Shown in pieces: positions 38,247-47,762 of a DNA stretch of 64,000 nucleotides (positions are counted from its first letter, which is position 1; each line of letters starts with the position of its first letter). The stretch is taken from the NCBI GenBank assembly GCA_031365545.1, contig JANLYH010000132.1:4571-68570 (forward strand). Reading direction: 5' to 3'. Below the pieces are notes generated by a model, which did not search any database, was not told where the DNA came from, and saw only the letters and a program-made list of their open reading frames with translations. A program made the position numbers and the translations under genes. The stretch is from Pyrinomonadaceae bacterium. Its GTDB lineage: Bacteria > Acidobacteriota > Blastocatellia > Pyrinomonadales > Pyrinomonadaceae.

Positions 38247-39230
38247 ATGGATTTAACTGATCAGAAAAGCTCGCCCGCGGCATCCGAGAACGAATCTTTA
38301 CTGCTCGAAGTCAATAAAGCCGAAGCCGGTGCGCGGCTCGATGCATATCTGGCAACGCACGTCGCCGGTTGGAGTCGCGCGCGTTTGCAACGTTTGATCG
38401 AGGCCGGCGATGTACTGGTAAACAGCAAGCTTGTAAAAGCGTCCCACAAGGTTTCCGCGCATGACGAGATAGAAGTTGAATTGACGCCGCCGCCAGAGAG
38501 CAACTTTGCCCCGGAGAATATCCCGCTTGAAATTGTCCACGAAGACGAGCAAATTATTGTTGTGAACAAGCCGGCGGGGTTGGTAGTGCATCCTGCTGCG
38601 GGGGTTCATTCCGGTACCCTCGCGAATGCTTTGTCTTATCACTTTCAGCAGCTGGCAAACGCCGGCTCAATTCGTCCTGGTATTGTGCACCGGCTGGATA
38701 AAGACACTTCCGGACTACTTGTCGCAGCTAAGACAGAAGCGGCCCATGAAAACCTCAGCGAGCAATTTCGTGCGCGTGAAGTTTTCAAGAGTTACGTTGC
38801 GCTGGTGTATGGTGTGGTCAAGCAGGAGAGCGGACGCATCGAGCAGCCGATTGCCCGCGACCCGCGCAATCGCACACGGATGGCTATTGTGCCGGGCGGG
38901 CGCGGGGCATTATCACTCTACCGGGTTCGACGTAGTTACGATGCGTTCACCTTGCTTGAGGTTGAATTGAAGACGGGCCGCACGCATCAGATCAGGGTCC
39001 ATCTGGCGTGGCTAAAGCACCCCGTTGTCGCTGACGAGCTTTATGATGGCGGCCGTGACAATGGCATCCAGGATGTACAGCTGCGGGCCCGGATTCGCAA
39101 ACTCAAACGACAGTTTCTTCATGCGGAACAGTTGGTCTTTCGGCATCCGCAGACAGGCGAACAGGCAAAGTTTTTTGCGCCATTGCCGACCGACCTAGGC
39201 GCATTGCTTGAAGCACTTGAAACTCACTAA
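38247..39230 (+). CDS. rluD: RluA-family 23S rRNA pseudouridine synthase (RluD-like) with an S4 domain
   Basis: An S4 N-terminal domain, HRLDKDTSGLLV (catalytic Asp) and GRTHQIRVH. Confidence 0.9.
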   Translation: MDLTDQKSSPAASENESLLLEVNKAEAGARLDAYLATHVAGWSRARLQRLIEAGDVLVNSKLVKASHKVSAHDEIEVELTPPPESNFAPENIPLEIVHEDEQIIVVNKPAGLVVHPAAGVHSGTLANALSYHFQQLANAGSIRPGIVHRLDKDTSGLLVAAKTEAAHENLSEQFRAREVFKSYVALVYGVVKQESGRIEQPIARDPRNRTRMAIVPGGRGALSLYRVRRSYDAFTLLEVELKTGRTHQIRVHLAWLKHPVVADELYDGGRDNGIQDVQLRARIRKLKRQFLHAEQLVFRHPQTGEQAKFFAPLPTDLGALLEALETH

Positions 39231-39412
39231 ACCGGGAGGGTCTTGCCATTGAACCCCGGGTTTGGTTTGTTTCATGATGTATGGTCTTATTAATCTTTCA
39301 GCCGTTTAGGGCGTCTGCAGGCGTCGGAGTGAGGGCAACGGGGTCGCGTTAGCCGGGCATCAAAGCGCAGGCTCCGGCAGAGAAGAGCACGGTAAAATCA
39401 CCTATTCAACTT

Positions 39413-40426
39413 ATGAAGTTTAATCCATTTTCGCTACTGTTGCGGTTGTCTCTGTTCGCTTGTTTGGCGGGAGCCGGCGCTATTCAGGCGCAACAGACTA
39501 AGGCAAAGCCAAGCCCAACACCGCCAACCGCTGGTGACCAGACTGAACAATCAGAGACAATTTTTATCCGCCGCGTTCGGCTGCCAATAACCGTTTTGGA
39601 CAAGAAGGGGCAGTTTGTATCCGGACTTACTAAAAATGATTTCATAGTTTTGGAAGACAAAGTCCCACAGCAAATCGAGACGTTCTCTGACGATCTTGGC
39701 CAATCGCTGCCGGTTTATGTGGCCTTGCTGATGGACACGTCACCTTCGACTGCCGGCAAGCTCAAGTTTGAACAAGAGTCGGCCATGAATTTTATTTACA
39801 CGGTCACGCAGGCGCGGAAAGACCAGGTCCTTTTTGCCACCTTCGACCATGAAATAAATTTGCGCCAGGATTTCACCAACAAACTCGATCTGCTGGACCG
39901 CGCAGTCTCCAACGTGAAGCAGACGGGAACGCAAACTGCCCTTTACGACGCTATCTGGCAGTTTTGTGATGAGAAACTCCGAACTGCTTCCGGCCGACGT
40001 GTGCTGGTCGTTATCACGGATGGCGAAGATACCTATAGCCGCGCCGACATTCGCGATGCCATCAGTATTGCTCAGCGCACCGAAACAACCATTTTCGCGA
40101 TCTCCACGAAGGCGGGATTTATCTCAACCGTGCCAGGTGTCGAAGCTGGTGAGGTGAAGGATAAGAAAGATCATGCGCTGGAGACCCTGGCTGAAGAGAC
40201 CGGGGGAGTGGCGTTTTTCACCGGAGACATGATCTCGCTGGAACGTGCGTTCACTAAGATATCCAAAGAGCTTCGGGCTCAATACCTGGTTACTTACAAG
40301 CCCGCCAACGATCGTTACGACGGGAGTTTCCGGAAGATTGACGTCAAGCTCGCCGAGCGCCGAAAAGATCTAAAAATAAGAACCAAGCATGGGTACACAG
40401 CGATTGCGGATAGTGTCAGGCCATAA
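39413..40426 (+). CDS. Exported VWA-domain protein (acidobacterial VWFA-related type)
   Basis: Signal peptide, MIDAS DTSPS, ITDGEDT and the C-terminal tail LRAQYLVTYKPANDRYDGSFRKIDVKL...HGYTA. Confidence 0.8.
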   Translation: MKFNPFSLLLRLSLFACLAGAGAIQAQQTKAKPSPTPPTAGDQTEQSETIFIRRVRLPITVLDKKGQFVSGLTKNDFIVLEDKVPQQIETFSDDLGQSLPVYVALLMDTSPSTAGKLKFEQESAMNFIYTVTQARKDQVLFATFDHEINLRQDFTNKLDLLDRAVSNVKQTGTQTALYDAIWQFCDEKLRTASGRRVLVVITDGEDTYSRADIRDAISIAQRTETTIFAISTKAGFISTVPGVEAGEVKDKKDHALETLAEETGGVAFFTGDMISLERAFTKISKELRAQYLVTYKPANDRYDGSFRKIDVKLAERRKDLKIRTKHGYTAIADSVRP

Positions 40427-40427
40427 A

Positions 40428-41585
40428 ATGTCAGATCAAGGAATTAGAAAGTTGCTTTTGGTAATCGTGCTGGCGGTCTCGCTGCTGGCTGGGTCGGCAG
40501 TGCCGGGCAGCCGGTTTGCGCAAGCACAGACGGACAAGTCTCGCACTCGGAGAGCCGGCCAATCTCAATTGCCGGCGCCGTCTCCGACGCCGACAGTTGT
40601 GCCAAAAGACGAAGTCCCGCAAGACTCAGATGACGTTGTGCGGGTCGACACTAGCCTTACCAGTGTCTTCTTCACCGCCGCTGACAGCAACAAACGGTTT
40701 ATTGACACTTTGAAAAAGGAAGACATTCGCATACTCGAAGATGGTCAGGCGCAGGAGATCTTTACGTTTCAAAAAAATCTCGAGCTGCCACTTTCGATTG
40801 CGATTCTGATCGATACGAGTCGATCTGAAGAGCGCACCTTGCCTGACGAAAAATCGGCTGCGCGCGGGTTCGTGGAAGCCGTAATGCGTCCTGATAAGGA
40901 CGAAGCGGCGATTGTTTCGTTTACCGGCGAGGTCACGCTCGAACAAGGGTTCACCGGAAATGTCGAGCGCCTGCGGCGGGCTATTGATCGCGTAGAATTT
41001 GTCCCACCATCCGGCTACATCGGAGGCGGTGTGGTTGTCGGCGGTACGCCGCCGATATCAGACACTAACCAAATGCTCGCGGGCTCTACCGCGATCTGGG
41101 ATGCGGTCTGGGCATCCTCCAACGATCTGCTGTCAATCTCCGCAGACAACACTCGCCGCACAATCATCCTGCTGACTGATGGCGAAGACACGAGCAGTCG
41201 GATGAAGATCCATGAGGCGATTGAACGAGCGCAAAAAGCGGACGCTCTGGTTTATGCGATTGGGATAGGTGATAGTTACCAGGGGGGCGTCGACCAGGGA
41301 TCGCTCCGAAAGATCACCGAACAGACTGGCGGCCGAGCCTATTTCCCGCGCAACGAGAGCGAGTTGAGAAATGCGTTTGGACAGATTCAACGCGATTTAC
41401 GCGAGCAGTATCTCTTGGCCTACTCGCCTTCAAACAAAGCCCACGATGGCTCCTATCGTCGCATTCAAATCGAGGTAGTTGATCCGGAACTCCGCAAGCA
41501 AAAGCTGAAGCTGAACTTCCGCCCTGGTTATTTTGCCAAAGGAGCCGACTCAGATTTACCCGTCCGAAGGCCGACATACCCTTAG
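40428..41585 (+). CDS. Exported VWA-domain protein, paralog of the preceding gene
   Basis: The start is trimmed to ATG 40428, 1 nt after the upstream stop. Signal peptide, MIDAS DTSRS, LTDGEDT and the tail LREQYLLAYSPSNKAHDGSYRRIQIEV...PGYFA. Confidence 0.8.
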   Translation: MSDQGIRKLLLVIVLAVSLLAGSAVPGSRFAQAQTDKSRTRRAGQSQLPAPSPTPTVVPKDEVPQDSDDVVRVDTSLTSVFFTAADSNKRFIDTLKKEDIRILEDGQAQEIFTFQKNLELPLSIAILIDTSRSEERTLPDEKSAARGFVEAVMRPDKDEAAIVSFTGEVTLEQGFTGNVERLRRAIDRVEFVPPSGYIGGGVVVGGTPPISDTNQMLAGSTAIWDAVWASSNDLLSISADNTRRTIILLTDGEDTSSRMKIHEAIERAQKADALVYAIGIGDSYQGGVDQGSLRKITEQTGGRAYFPRNESELRNAFGQIQRDLREQYLLAYSPSNKAHDGSYRRIQIEVVDPELRKQKLKLNFRPGYFAKGADSDLPVRRPTYP

Positions 41586-41822
41586 CCGATAGCGCGAAAC
41601 GTTGTTTTTATGGGCTCAATCGCCTGTTTCCAGCGATCTTAGCCCATGACAAACCACTGCCAACTTTGTTATACTCCCCGAGCGGTTTGGGGAAACCGGC
41701 TCGCCTCAACTTCGTTCTCTCCAGTTTTCAGGCAGCAAGTCCTCTCTTGAATAGCCGGATTTACCTCTCAGCCTCATCGGTCTAAACCAGTTCCAGCACA
41801 CACTGCAGGCTCAAACTCAAAG

Positions 41823-44800
41823 ATGATTAAGGCTTCCTCAGAAAATTATCGTGTGCTGATTGCGGATGACGATCCAAAAATCTGCGCTCTCCTCACAGAA
41901 CTCATTAGCAACGAAGGCTACGAAGTTATTTCCTGCCAGGACGGGGGCGCTGCCCTTGAGCTCGTGAAGTCATTTGAACCCGACCTTGTAATCAGCGATG
42001 TGGTAATGCCTGTTCTCAGCGGCATCGAGCTTTGTCACCGGCTGAAGAAAGACATCCAAACAGCCGACATTCCCATTGTTCTCATGAGTGGGCACCCCAA
42101 TGCCGCGGAATATAGCATTGAGGGGTTGTCGGCTGGTGCTGACGACTACCTCCAGCTTCCGTTTCGCAATGAAGAGCTCCTGGTTAAGGTTGCCAGGCTG
42201 GCCGAGAGACGTCAGGTGGAGAAAATCTATAAAGAAATTGTTGAAGCTGCAGCCGATATCATCTACACGCGCGATATGGCCGGTTACATCACCAGCATCA
42301 ACGCAGCCGGAGCGAGGTTCTTCGGCAAACTCCCGGAGGAGATCATTGGGGGTCATCTTAGCGGGTTGATCGGCGACGAGGCGGCGGCCCGAAACATAGC
42401 GGAAACGCGCCGGGCCGCAATAGATTCGCCATTGCGATCGACCTATCACCTGAAGGACGCAAAAGAAAACGGTAGATACCTTGAAGGTGTGATCACAATC
42501 GAGCGCGACCGCCAGGGATGTCCGACCGGAGTTCGTGGCGTAATCCGCGACATCACTGAGCGGCGACTTGCTGATGCAGCCCTCAAACAGACTGAAGCAC
42601 AACTGCGTATGGTGGTCAGCAGCGCGTCGCTCATTATCTTTGCCCTCGACAAGGATGGCGTCTTTACGTTGTCGGAAGGCGAGGGTCTGAAGGCTCTTGG
42701 CCTGAAAGCCGGCGAAGTAGTTGGACAATCGGTTTTTGATCTTTATCGCGAGGATCCTGCCGTTCTGAACTGTATTCGCCGCGCTCTTGCTGGTGAGACC
42801 TTCTCCGAAGTTGTTGCCGTTGGCGATCTAGTCTTTGAAACGAAGTACACGCCGCGCTTGGATAGCGCCGGGAATGTTGCGGCAATCATTGGCGTAGCCA
42901 CTGATATTACTGACCATAGGAAAGCTCAGCAGGCATTATGGGAAAACGAGCAGCGCTATCGAGAACTATTTGAGAATGCCACCGACATTATCTACACGCA
43001 CACGCTGACAGGAGATTTTACCTCGCTAAACAGGAGCGGCGAGGCGATCACTGGCTATTCCGGCGCAGAAGCCCTCCAGATGAACATTGTTGATGTGATT
43101 GCTCCCGAGTACCTAACCATTGCTCGACAGATGCTCGCACAAAAGGCCAATCAAAGGACACCTACTGTCTACGAACTGGAGATCATAACCAAGGATGCCC
43201 GCCGGGTGCGTTTGGAAGTCAGCACGCGGCTGATTTACCAGGACGGCAAAGCGGTGGGCGTGCAGGGTATCGGACGCGATTTGACGGAGCGTAAACGTTC
43301 TGAAGAAGTGCTGGTACAGCAGTCTGAGCGTGAGGCCATGACGCATCGCATCTCGCAGGCAATCCGTTGTTCACTGGATAGTTCAGAGATCTTCCGCACG
43401 GCTGTTAACGAACTCGGTTCTTACCTTAATGCCGATCGCTGTTCTCTGTTCATCAAGGACGAGACGGGAAGTCGCGCGCTTAACGCGGCCGAATATCATG
43501 CCGAGGGGATTGTTCCAGCCGCTTCAAAGTTTGAGTTGGAAGACCTGCAAGTCTTGATCGACTTGCTCGAGGCGAGTGGCGTGCTCTGTTTCAGCGATGC
43601 GGCTAACGATCCCGGCCTTGCGGATGTTTATGAGCGCATCCTGTCGAAGGCGAATGTGCGTTCGATCATGTATGTGGCGATTCGAGTGGGCTCCGAGGTG
43701 ACGGCGGCCTTTGCGTTATCAACCACGAAGGAGTTGCGTAATTGGAGTGAGGCGGACATCGCGCTTGCCAAGGCTGTAGCAGATCAAACCGGCATCGCCA
43801 TTCGTCAGGCGGGACTATACCAGCGGGCTGAGGCAACTTCGAAACGAGAGGTGCTGGTCAATAACGTGACGATGGCTATTCGCGCGTCGCTCAGCCTGCC
43901 GGAGGTTTTGAACACGGCAACGCGCGAACTCGGACTGGCGCTCGCCGCTTCACGAGTTCATATGCACCTTTATGACCCAGCGAACCCGCTTTCCCCGGTC
44001 AAGCATGAGTATCTCGCTCCCGGCTGTAACAGCATGAGTTCGCTGCAAGCCAACTATGACGATCCCGTTGGTCGGCAACTATTGCAAATGACTAAGCCGC
44101 TAGTCATTGACGACTCCTTCAACTATCAGGATGGCCCGCCGGAAGTGAGTGCGGCAGTCAGAGAACATGCGCAACTCGTGAATGTCTGCTCGCAAATCGC
44201 CTACCCCCTGATTGTAAAAGGCTTGTTTCGCGGGGTGCTATGTATTCATCAAAATGATCGCCTGCGTCATTGGAGCGAAGACGAATTGTCACTGGTGCAA
44301 TCCGTAGCTGAGCGGTTGGCAATCGGTATGGCGCAAGCCGAACTCTTTGAAATGGTGGCCAAAGCCAAATCAGAATGGGAGACGACCTTCGACTCGATGT
44401 CTGACGGAATCTTCATCTTCGACCGCGCCGGACGTCTGAAGCGCGTCAATCGCGCCGGCGCCGCTATGGAAAATGCGCATCCGCGCAGTCTATTGGGGCG
44501 CAGATGCTGCGATATTCTTCGCACCAGTTCTGAAAGGTCCACTTGCGTAGTGGAAAAAGCGCTGGCTGAAGGAGTAAGTGTAACGATCGAAGTAACACCT
44601 GACCATCTCGACCGCCCTATTCTCGTTTCCATTGAACCGGTCGTGGACAAGGAAGGGACGGTAATGAGTGCGGTTTGTACCGCTCGCGATCTCTCTGAGT
44701 TGCGTCAGGTGCAGGCGGTCGCACGCGAGCACCAATCTCTGCTGACAAACATTCTCGAGAGTGCGCGCGAATCGATTTACGCTGTGGATATGGATGGGTG

Positions 44801-46217
44801 TTTCAAGTGGAGTAACAACGCGACTCTGCTGGCACTTGGAGTCAAGCAGAAAGAGCTCATTGGCAGGCGAGTTTCTGACCTTGTGTATCAGGGCGATCGC
44901 AAACTCGTAAACGAGAAACTGGAAAAGGCCTTGAACGGCCAGCCGCAAACTTACGAGATGCGCTATTTCGCCGCTGACGAAAAACTGCGTTATGCGCGAG
45001 TTGATAATTCGCCTTTGGTCGTAGAAGGCCGCATCACCGGTGTGCTGGGAATTGCCCGAGACATAACAGAGCAAAAAGAGGAACGAGAACGGGCGGCGCG
45101 AGCCGATAAGTTGCGCGCGCTGGGAGAGCTTGCGTCGGGGGTGGCTCACGATTTCAATAATTCGCTTGCAGCAATCCTTGGCCGGGCGCAACTTCTGCGC
45201 CGACAAACGCAAGACGAGGCGCTGGTGCGAAACGTTGAGATCATTCAAACAGCGGCGGAAGACGCTGCTGCCACAGTTCGCCGTATTCAAACTTTTGCTC
45301 GCAAGTCGCCGGCTAAGGAATTTGAGTTGGTAGATGTTTCGGGCCTGCTGAATGACGCAGTAGAGATTACCCGCACGCGCTGGCAGAATGAAGCTCGACT
45401 GCGTGGCCTGGAATATCAGGTTGTCCTGGAAGCCAAAGGCGGGCAGATTGCCTTCGGCAGCGCTTCTGAACTACGGGAGGTTTTCGTAAACCTGATCGTG
45501 AATGCTGTGGATGCGATGCCCGAAGGGGGCCGGCTCGTAATTAGTTGCGAACGCGAAGCAGCTTGTTTGCAATTGCGCTTTGCTGATAACGGCACTGGCA
45601 TGCCGGAAGATATCCGGCAAAAGATTTTCGATCCTTTCTTCAGTACGAAGGGCGCTCAGGGTACCGGCCTCGGACTTTCCGTAAGCTACAGCATCGTCGA
45701 GAGGCATGAGGGTGTAATCAGTGTGAAGTCGGAGCAGGGTCGTGGCACGGTGTTTACCATCGAGCTGCCGGCGGCCAGGCAGGAGCAGGTCTCCTCAGAA
45801 GAGGCCCCGGTTGAAGTTGCCGCGCCTTCACTCGCAATCCTCGTGGTGGATGATGAGCCAAGCGTAAGAGAGACGTTGGCCGAAATGCTGGAGATGATGG
45901 GCCATCGAGTGTTGCTCGCTGACGGCGGGCAGAATGCTTTGCAAACACTGGCCCGAAATGAATGCGACCTTGTGTTTACTGATCTGGCGATGCCGGAAAT
46001 GGACGGCTGGGAGACTACTCGAGAGATTCGCAAACGTTGGCCGGATATGAATGTAATTTTAGTGACTGGCTATGGGCCCGGCACCGCACCACCGCCCGGT
46101 GAGGACGGGTTGGTTAATGGCATCATCGGCAAGCCTTTTGATTTTTCGCAGATAGGGCAAACAATTCAGAATGTTCTGGCGAACTCAGCAGCGCTGGAAA
46201 ACGCCGGCGCCTTGTGA
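41823..46217 (+). CDS. Giant hybrid sensor histidine kinase (REC, multiple PAS, 2 GAF, PAS, HisKA, HATPase, REC)
   Basis: N-terminal receiver (VLIADDD..ISDVVMP..KP). Repeated PAS cores (NATDIIYT, DITERK/DITEQK junctions). GAF-like segments. H-box SGVAHDFNNSL, N-box VNLIVNAVDAM, G1 DNGTGM, G2 GTGLGLS. C-terminal receiver ILVVDDE..FTDLAMPEMDG..KP. Confidence 0.9.
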   Translation: MIKASSENYRVLIADDDPKICALLTELISNEGYEVISCQDGGAALELVKSFEPDLVISDVVMPVLSGIELCHRLKKDIQTADIPIVLMSGHPNAAEYSIEGLSAGADDYLQLPFRNEELLVKVARLAERRQVEKIYKEIVEAAADIIYTRDMAGYITSINAAGARFFGKLPEEIIGGHLSGLIGDEAAARNIAETRRAAIDSPLRSTYHLKDAKENGRYLEGVITIERDRQGCPTGVRGVIRDITERRLADAALKQTEAQLRMVVSSASLIIFALDKDGVFTLSEGEGLKALGLKAGEVVGQSVFDLYREDPAVLNCIRRALAGETFSEVVAVGDLVFETKYTPRLDSAGNVAAIIGVATDITDHRKAQQALWENEQRYRELFENATDIIYTHTLTGDFTSLNRSGEAITGYSGAEALQMNIVDVIAPEYLTIARQMLAQKANQRTPTVYELEIITKDARRVRLEVSTRLIYQDGKAVGVQGIGRDLTERKRSEEVLVQQSEREAMTHRISQAIRCSLDSSEIFRTAVNELGSYLNADRCSLFIKDETGSRALNAAEYHAEGIVPAASKFELEDLQVLIDLLEASGVLCFSDAANDPGLADVYERILSKANVRSIMYVAIRVGSEVTAAFALSTTKELRNWSEADIALAKAVADQTGIAIRQAGLYQRAEATSKREVLVNNVTMAIRASLSLPEVLNTATRELGLALAASRVHMHLYDPANPLSPVKHEYLAPGCNSMSSLQANYDDPVGRQLLQMTKPLVIDDSFNYQDGPPEVSAAVREHAQLVNVCSQIAYPLIVKGLFRGVLCIHQNDRLRHWSEDELSLVQSVAERLAIGMAQAELFEMVAKAKSEWETTFDSMSDGIFIFDRAGRLKRVNRAGAAMENAHPRSLLGRRCCDILRTSSERSTCVVEKALAEGVSVTIEVTPDHLDRPILVSIEPVVDKEGTVMSAVCTARDLSELRQVQAVAREHQSLLTNILESARESIYAVDMDGCFKWSNNATLLALGVKQKELIGRRVSDLVYQGDRKLVNEKLEKALNGQPQTYEMRYFAADEKLRYARVDNSPLVVEGRITGVLGIARDITEQKEERERAARADKLRALGELASGVAHDFNNSLAAILGRAQLLRRQTQDEALVRNVEIIQTAAEDAAATVRRIQTFARKSPAKEFELVDVSGLLNDAVEITRTRWQNEARLRGLEYQVVLEAKGGQIAFGSASELREVFVNLIVNAVDAMPEGGRLVISCEREAACLQLRFADNGTGMPEDIRQKIFDPFFSTKGAQGTGLGLSVSYSIVERHEGVISVKSEQGRGTVFTIELPAARQEQVSSEEAPVEVAAPSLAILVVDDEPSVRETLAEMLEMMGHRVLLADGGQNALQTLARNECDLVFTDLAMPEMDGWETTREIRKRWPDMNVILVTGYGPGTAPPPGEDGLVNGIIGKPFDFSQIGQTIQNVLANSAALENAGAL

Positions 46218-46227
46218 GCACTGAAAT

Positions 46228-47364
46228 TTAGTTGTTGCGGTTCATTATTCCCGCACTTGCGGTAAACCCCACTCCAAAACCAACCACTATAGTCGGACCT
46301 GACCAGTCGTCCTTCTCGGCAAGCATAAAGCCGGTTGAAGCGCTGGAAAGGTTACCGTAGTTCTTCAAAACCTCGTAAGAACCCTGAACCTTGGTAGAGT
46401 CCTTTTCGAGGTGCAACTGCGAGCAAACTCCATCAAGGATCTTCTTGCTGCCGGTGTGGATCAGACAGTCGTCAACCTGGGCCATATTCGACACCGGTGA
46501 GTCAGGGTGCTGCAAGACGTCTTTGACCGTAGAGACAGCATAGTGTGCGCCGCGATTGGGTACGCTGGGCCGCATGAAGTACTGCGGTCTGCCCCGCAAA
46601 AACTCGTGAGAGCTATTGCTGTTCATCGTCAAAAGATTGACGTCTTCAGTTTCTTCGTTGGTTAAATGACAGATTGGTCCGAAGCTTGGTTTACCTTCTT
46701 CATTACCAATCAACAGGGCTACCGCGCCGTCACCAAAAAGCATCGATTGAATGACGAAGGTGGTATCCAACCGCGCTTGTTCAAACTGGGCTTCATTTAT
46801 TTTCTGCTCCTTCCGCATACGTATCAGTTCGCGAAAGCCGCGATACTCGTCGCGCAAGAGCGGTGCGACGTAGGGAGTGTGGGCTTCCGCCATCAGAACC
46901 ATGGCCAACTTTCCGGGATTAGCAGCGAGATACCATTGCGCGACCTCAATGGATTTGAGCAATACCGAACAACCTTGAGCCTGCATGCTGACGGTGCGAA
47001 GTGAGCGGGACAGGAGTCCGTGCGTCTGTCCCATAACTTCAGAAGCCAGGCAGGGAAGCATTTGGTCAGGCGTGTTGGTGGCGGCGATCAGTAAACCAAT
47101 TCGCGACGGATCGCCCTGCCATTCCTCGATGCAACGCTTGGTAGCGCCGACGCCAAGCTCGGTTGTAGAGCTTCTCGCATTCATCTCGCGACCGGCCAGG
47201 AAGTCCGGATAGTTGTCCATCACCGAGTATCGCTGGTCGACGCCTAATGAGTTCAGGGTGTTGATAAGCTCGGGGGAGAGCTTGTGCAGGAGCGCACTGG
47301 TGAGCTCCGTTGTTTGAAACGCGTGCTTGGGGGTAGAAGTGGCTGCTGATAGCAAGTTAATCAT
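46228..47364 (-). CDS. Divergent type III polyketide synthase (chalcone/stilbene synthase superfamily)
   Basis: Candidate Cys-His-Asn triad: QAQGCSVLL, CLIHTGSKKILD (canonical is HPGG) and NYGNLSSAST (canonical is YGNMSSA). FGDGAVALLIG. 378 aa. Confidence 0.75.
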   Translation of the reverse strand: MINLLSAATSTPKHAFQTTELTSALLHKLSPELINTLNSLGVDQRYSVMDNYPDFLAGREMNARSSTTELGVGATKRCIEEWQGDPSRIGLLIAATNTPDQMLPCLASEVMGQTHGLLSRSLRTVSMQAQGCSVLLKSIEVAQWYLAANPGKLAMVLMAEAHTPYVAPLLRDEYRGFRELIRMRKEQKINEAQFEQARLDTTFVIQSMLFGDGAVALLIGNEEGKPSFGPICHLTNEETEDVNLLTMNSNSSHEFLRGRPQYFMRPSVPNRGAHYAVSTVKDVLQHPDSPVSNMAQVDDCLIHTGSKKILDGVCSQLHLEKDSTKVQGSYEVLKNYGNLSSASTGFMLAEKDDWSGPTIVVGFGVGFTASAGIMNRNN

Positions 47365-47672
47365 TATCGTTAATCTCCCGGCTTCCCTAGTGTTCTAAGT
47401 TTCGCCGCGTCGGGTTCGGCCTTTGAATTCCTCTTTCGTAACTTGCTTACTATCAATGCCTGTGCCACCAACATAACGAGCGCATCAGAGGAGTTAAGTG
47501 TAGAAATATTTAGACTTAGATGGAAGGTAAGCCTGTAGAAGGTTTCGACAAGATTGGATACCACGTATCCATGAAAGTCTAGCAAAGACTCTTTCAACTG
47601 CTTTTAGGAGGTATTTGAGAAAAGGTAGGGTGCTACGTAGGTATACAGTTGTGTAGCTGGTAACCAGCGCGA

Positions 47673-47716
47673 GCGCGTCAGCGCGTCAGCGGGACGCGCG
47701 ACAACGCGACCGCGGG
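47673..47716. repeat. GC-rich octamer duplication (GCGCGTCA x2) that forms a short hairpin with following sequence
   Basis: gcgcgtca gcgcgtca (47673-47688) followed by gcgggacgcgcgacaacgcgaccgcggg. The gcgcgtc/gacgcgc stem is 7 bp. It lies about 50 nt downstream of the strictosidine-synthase-like gene on the - strand. Confidence 0.6.
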
Positions 47717-47762
47717 AGATCTTGACGAGAACAGAATCTAGTTTCAGTCCTCAGAGCTTCAC

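Noticed and set aside
41970-42728. A 252-aa antisense ORF inside the hybrid histidine kinase. Similar cases are 44490..45290, 62135..62854, 12930..13613, 5050..5514 and 61520..62122.
   Set aside because: These are shadow ORFs opposite long, motif-rich genes in moderately GC-rich DNA. Their translations are Arg/Ser/Pro-rich with no recognisable motifs, and each overlaps a confident CDS completely.
47370-47597. A 75-aa ORF in the PKS upstream region.
   Set aside because: It has no SD, lies in an AT-richer stretch, has low-complexity composition and no motif. It is more likely 5' leader or promoter DNA.
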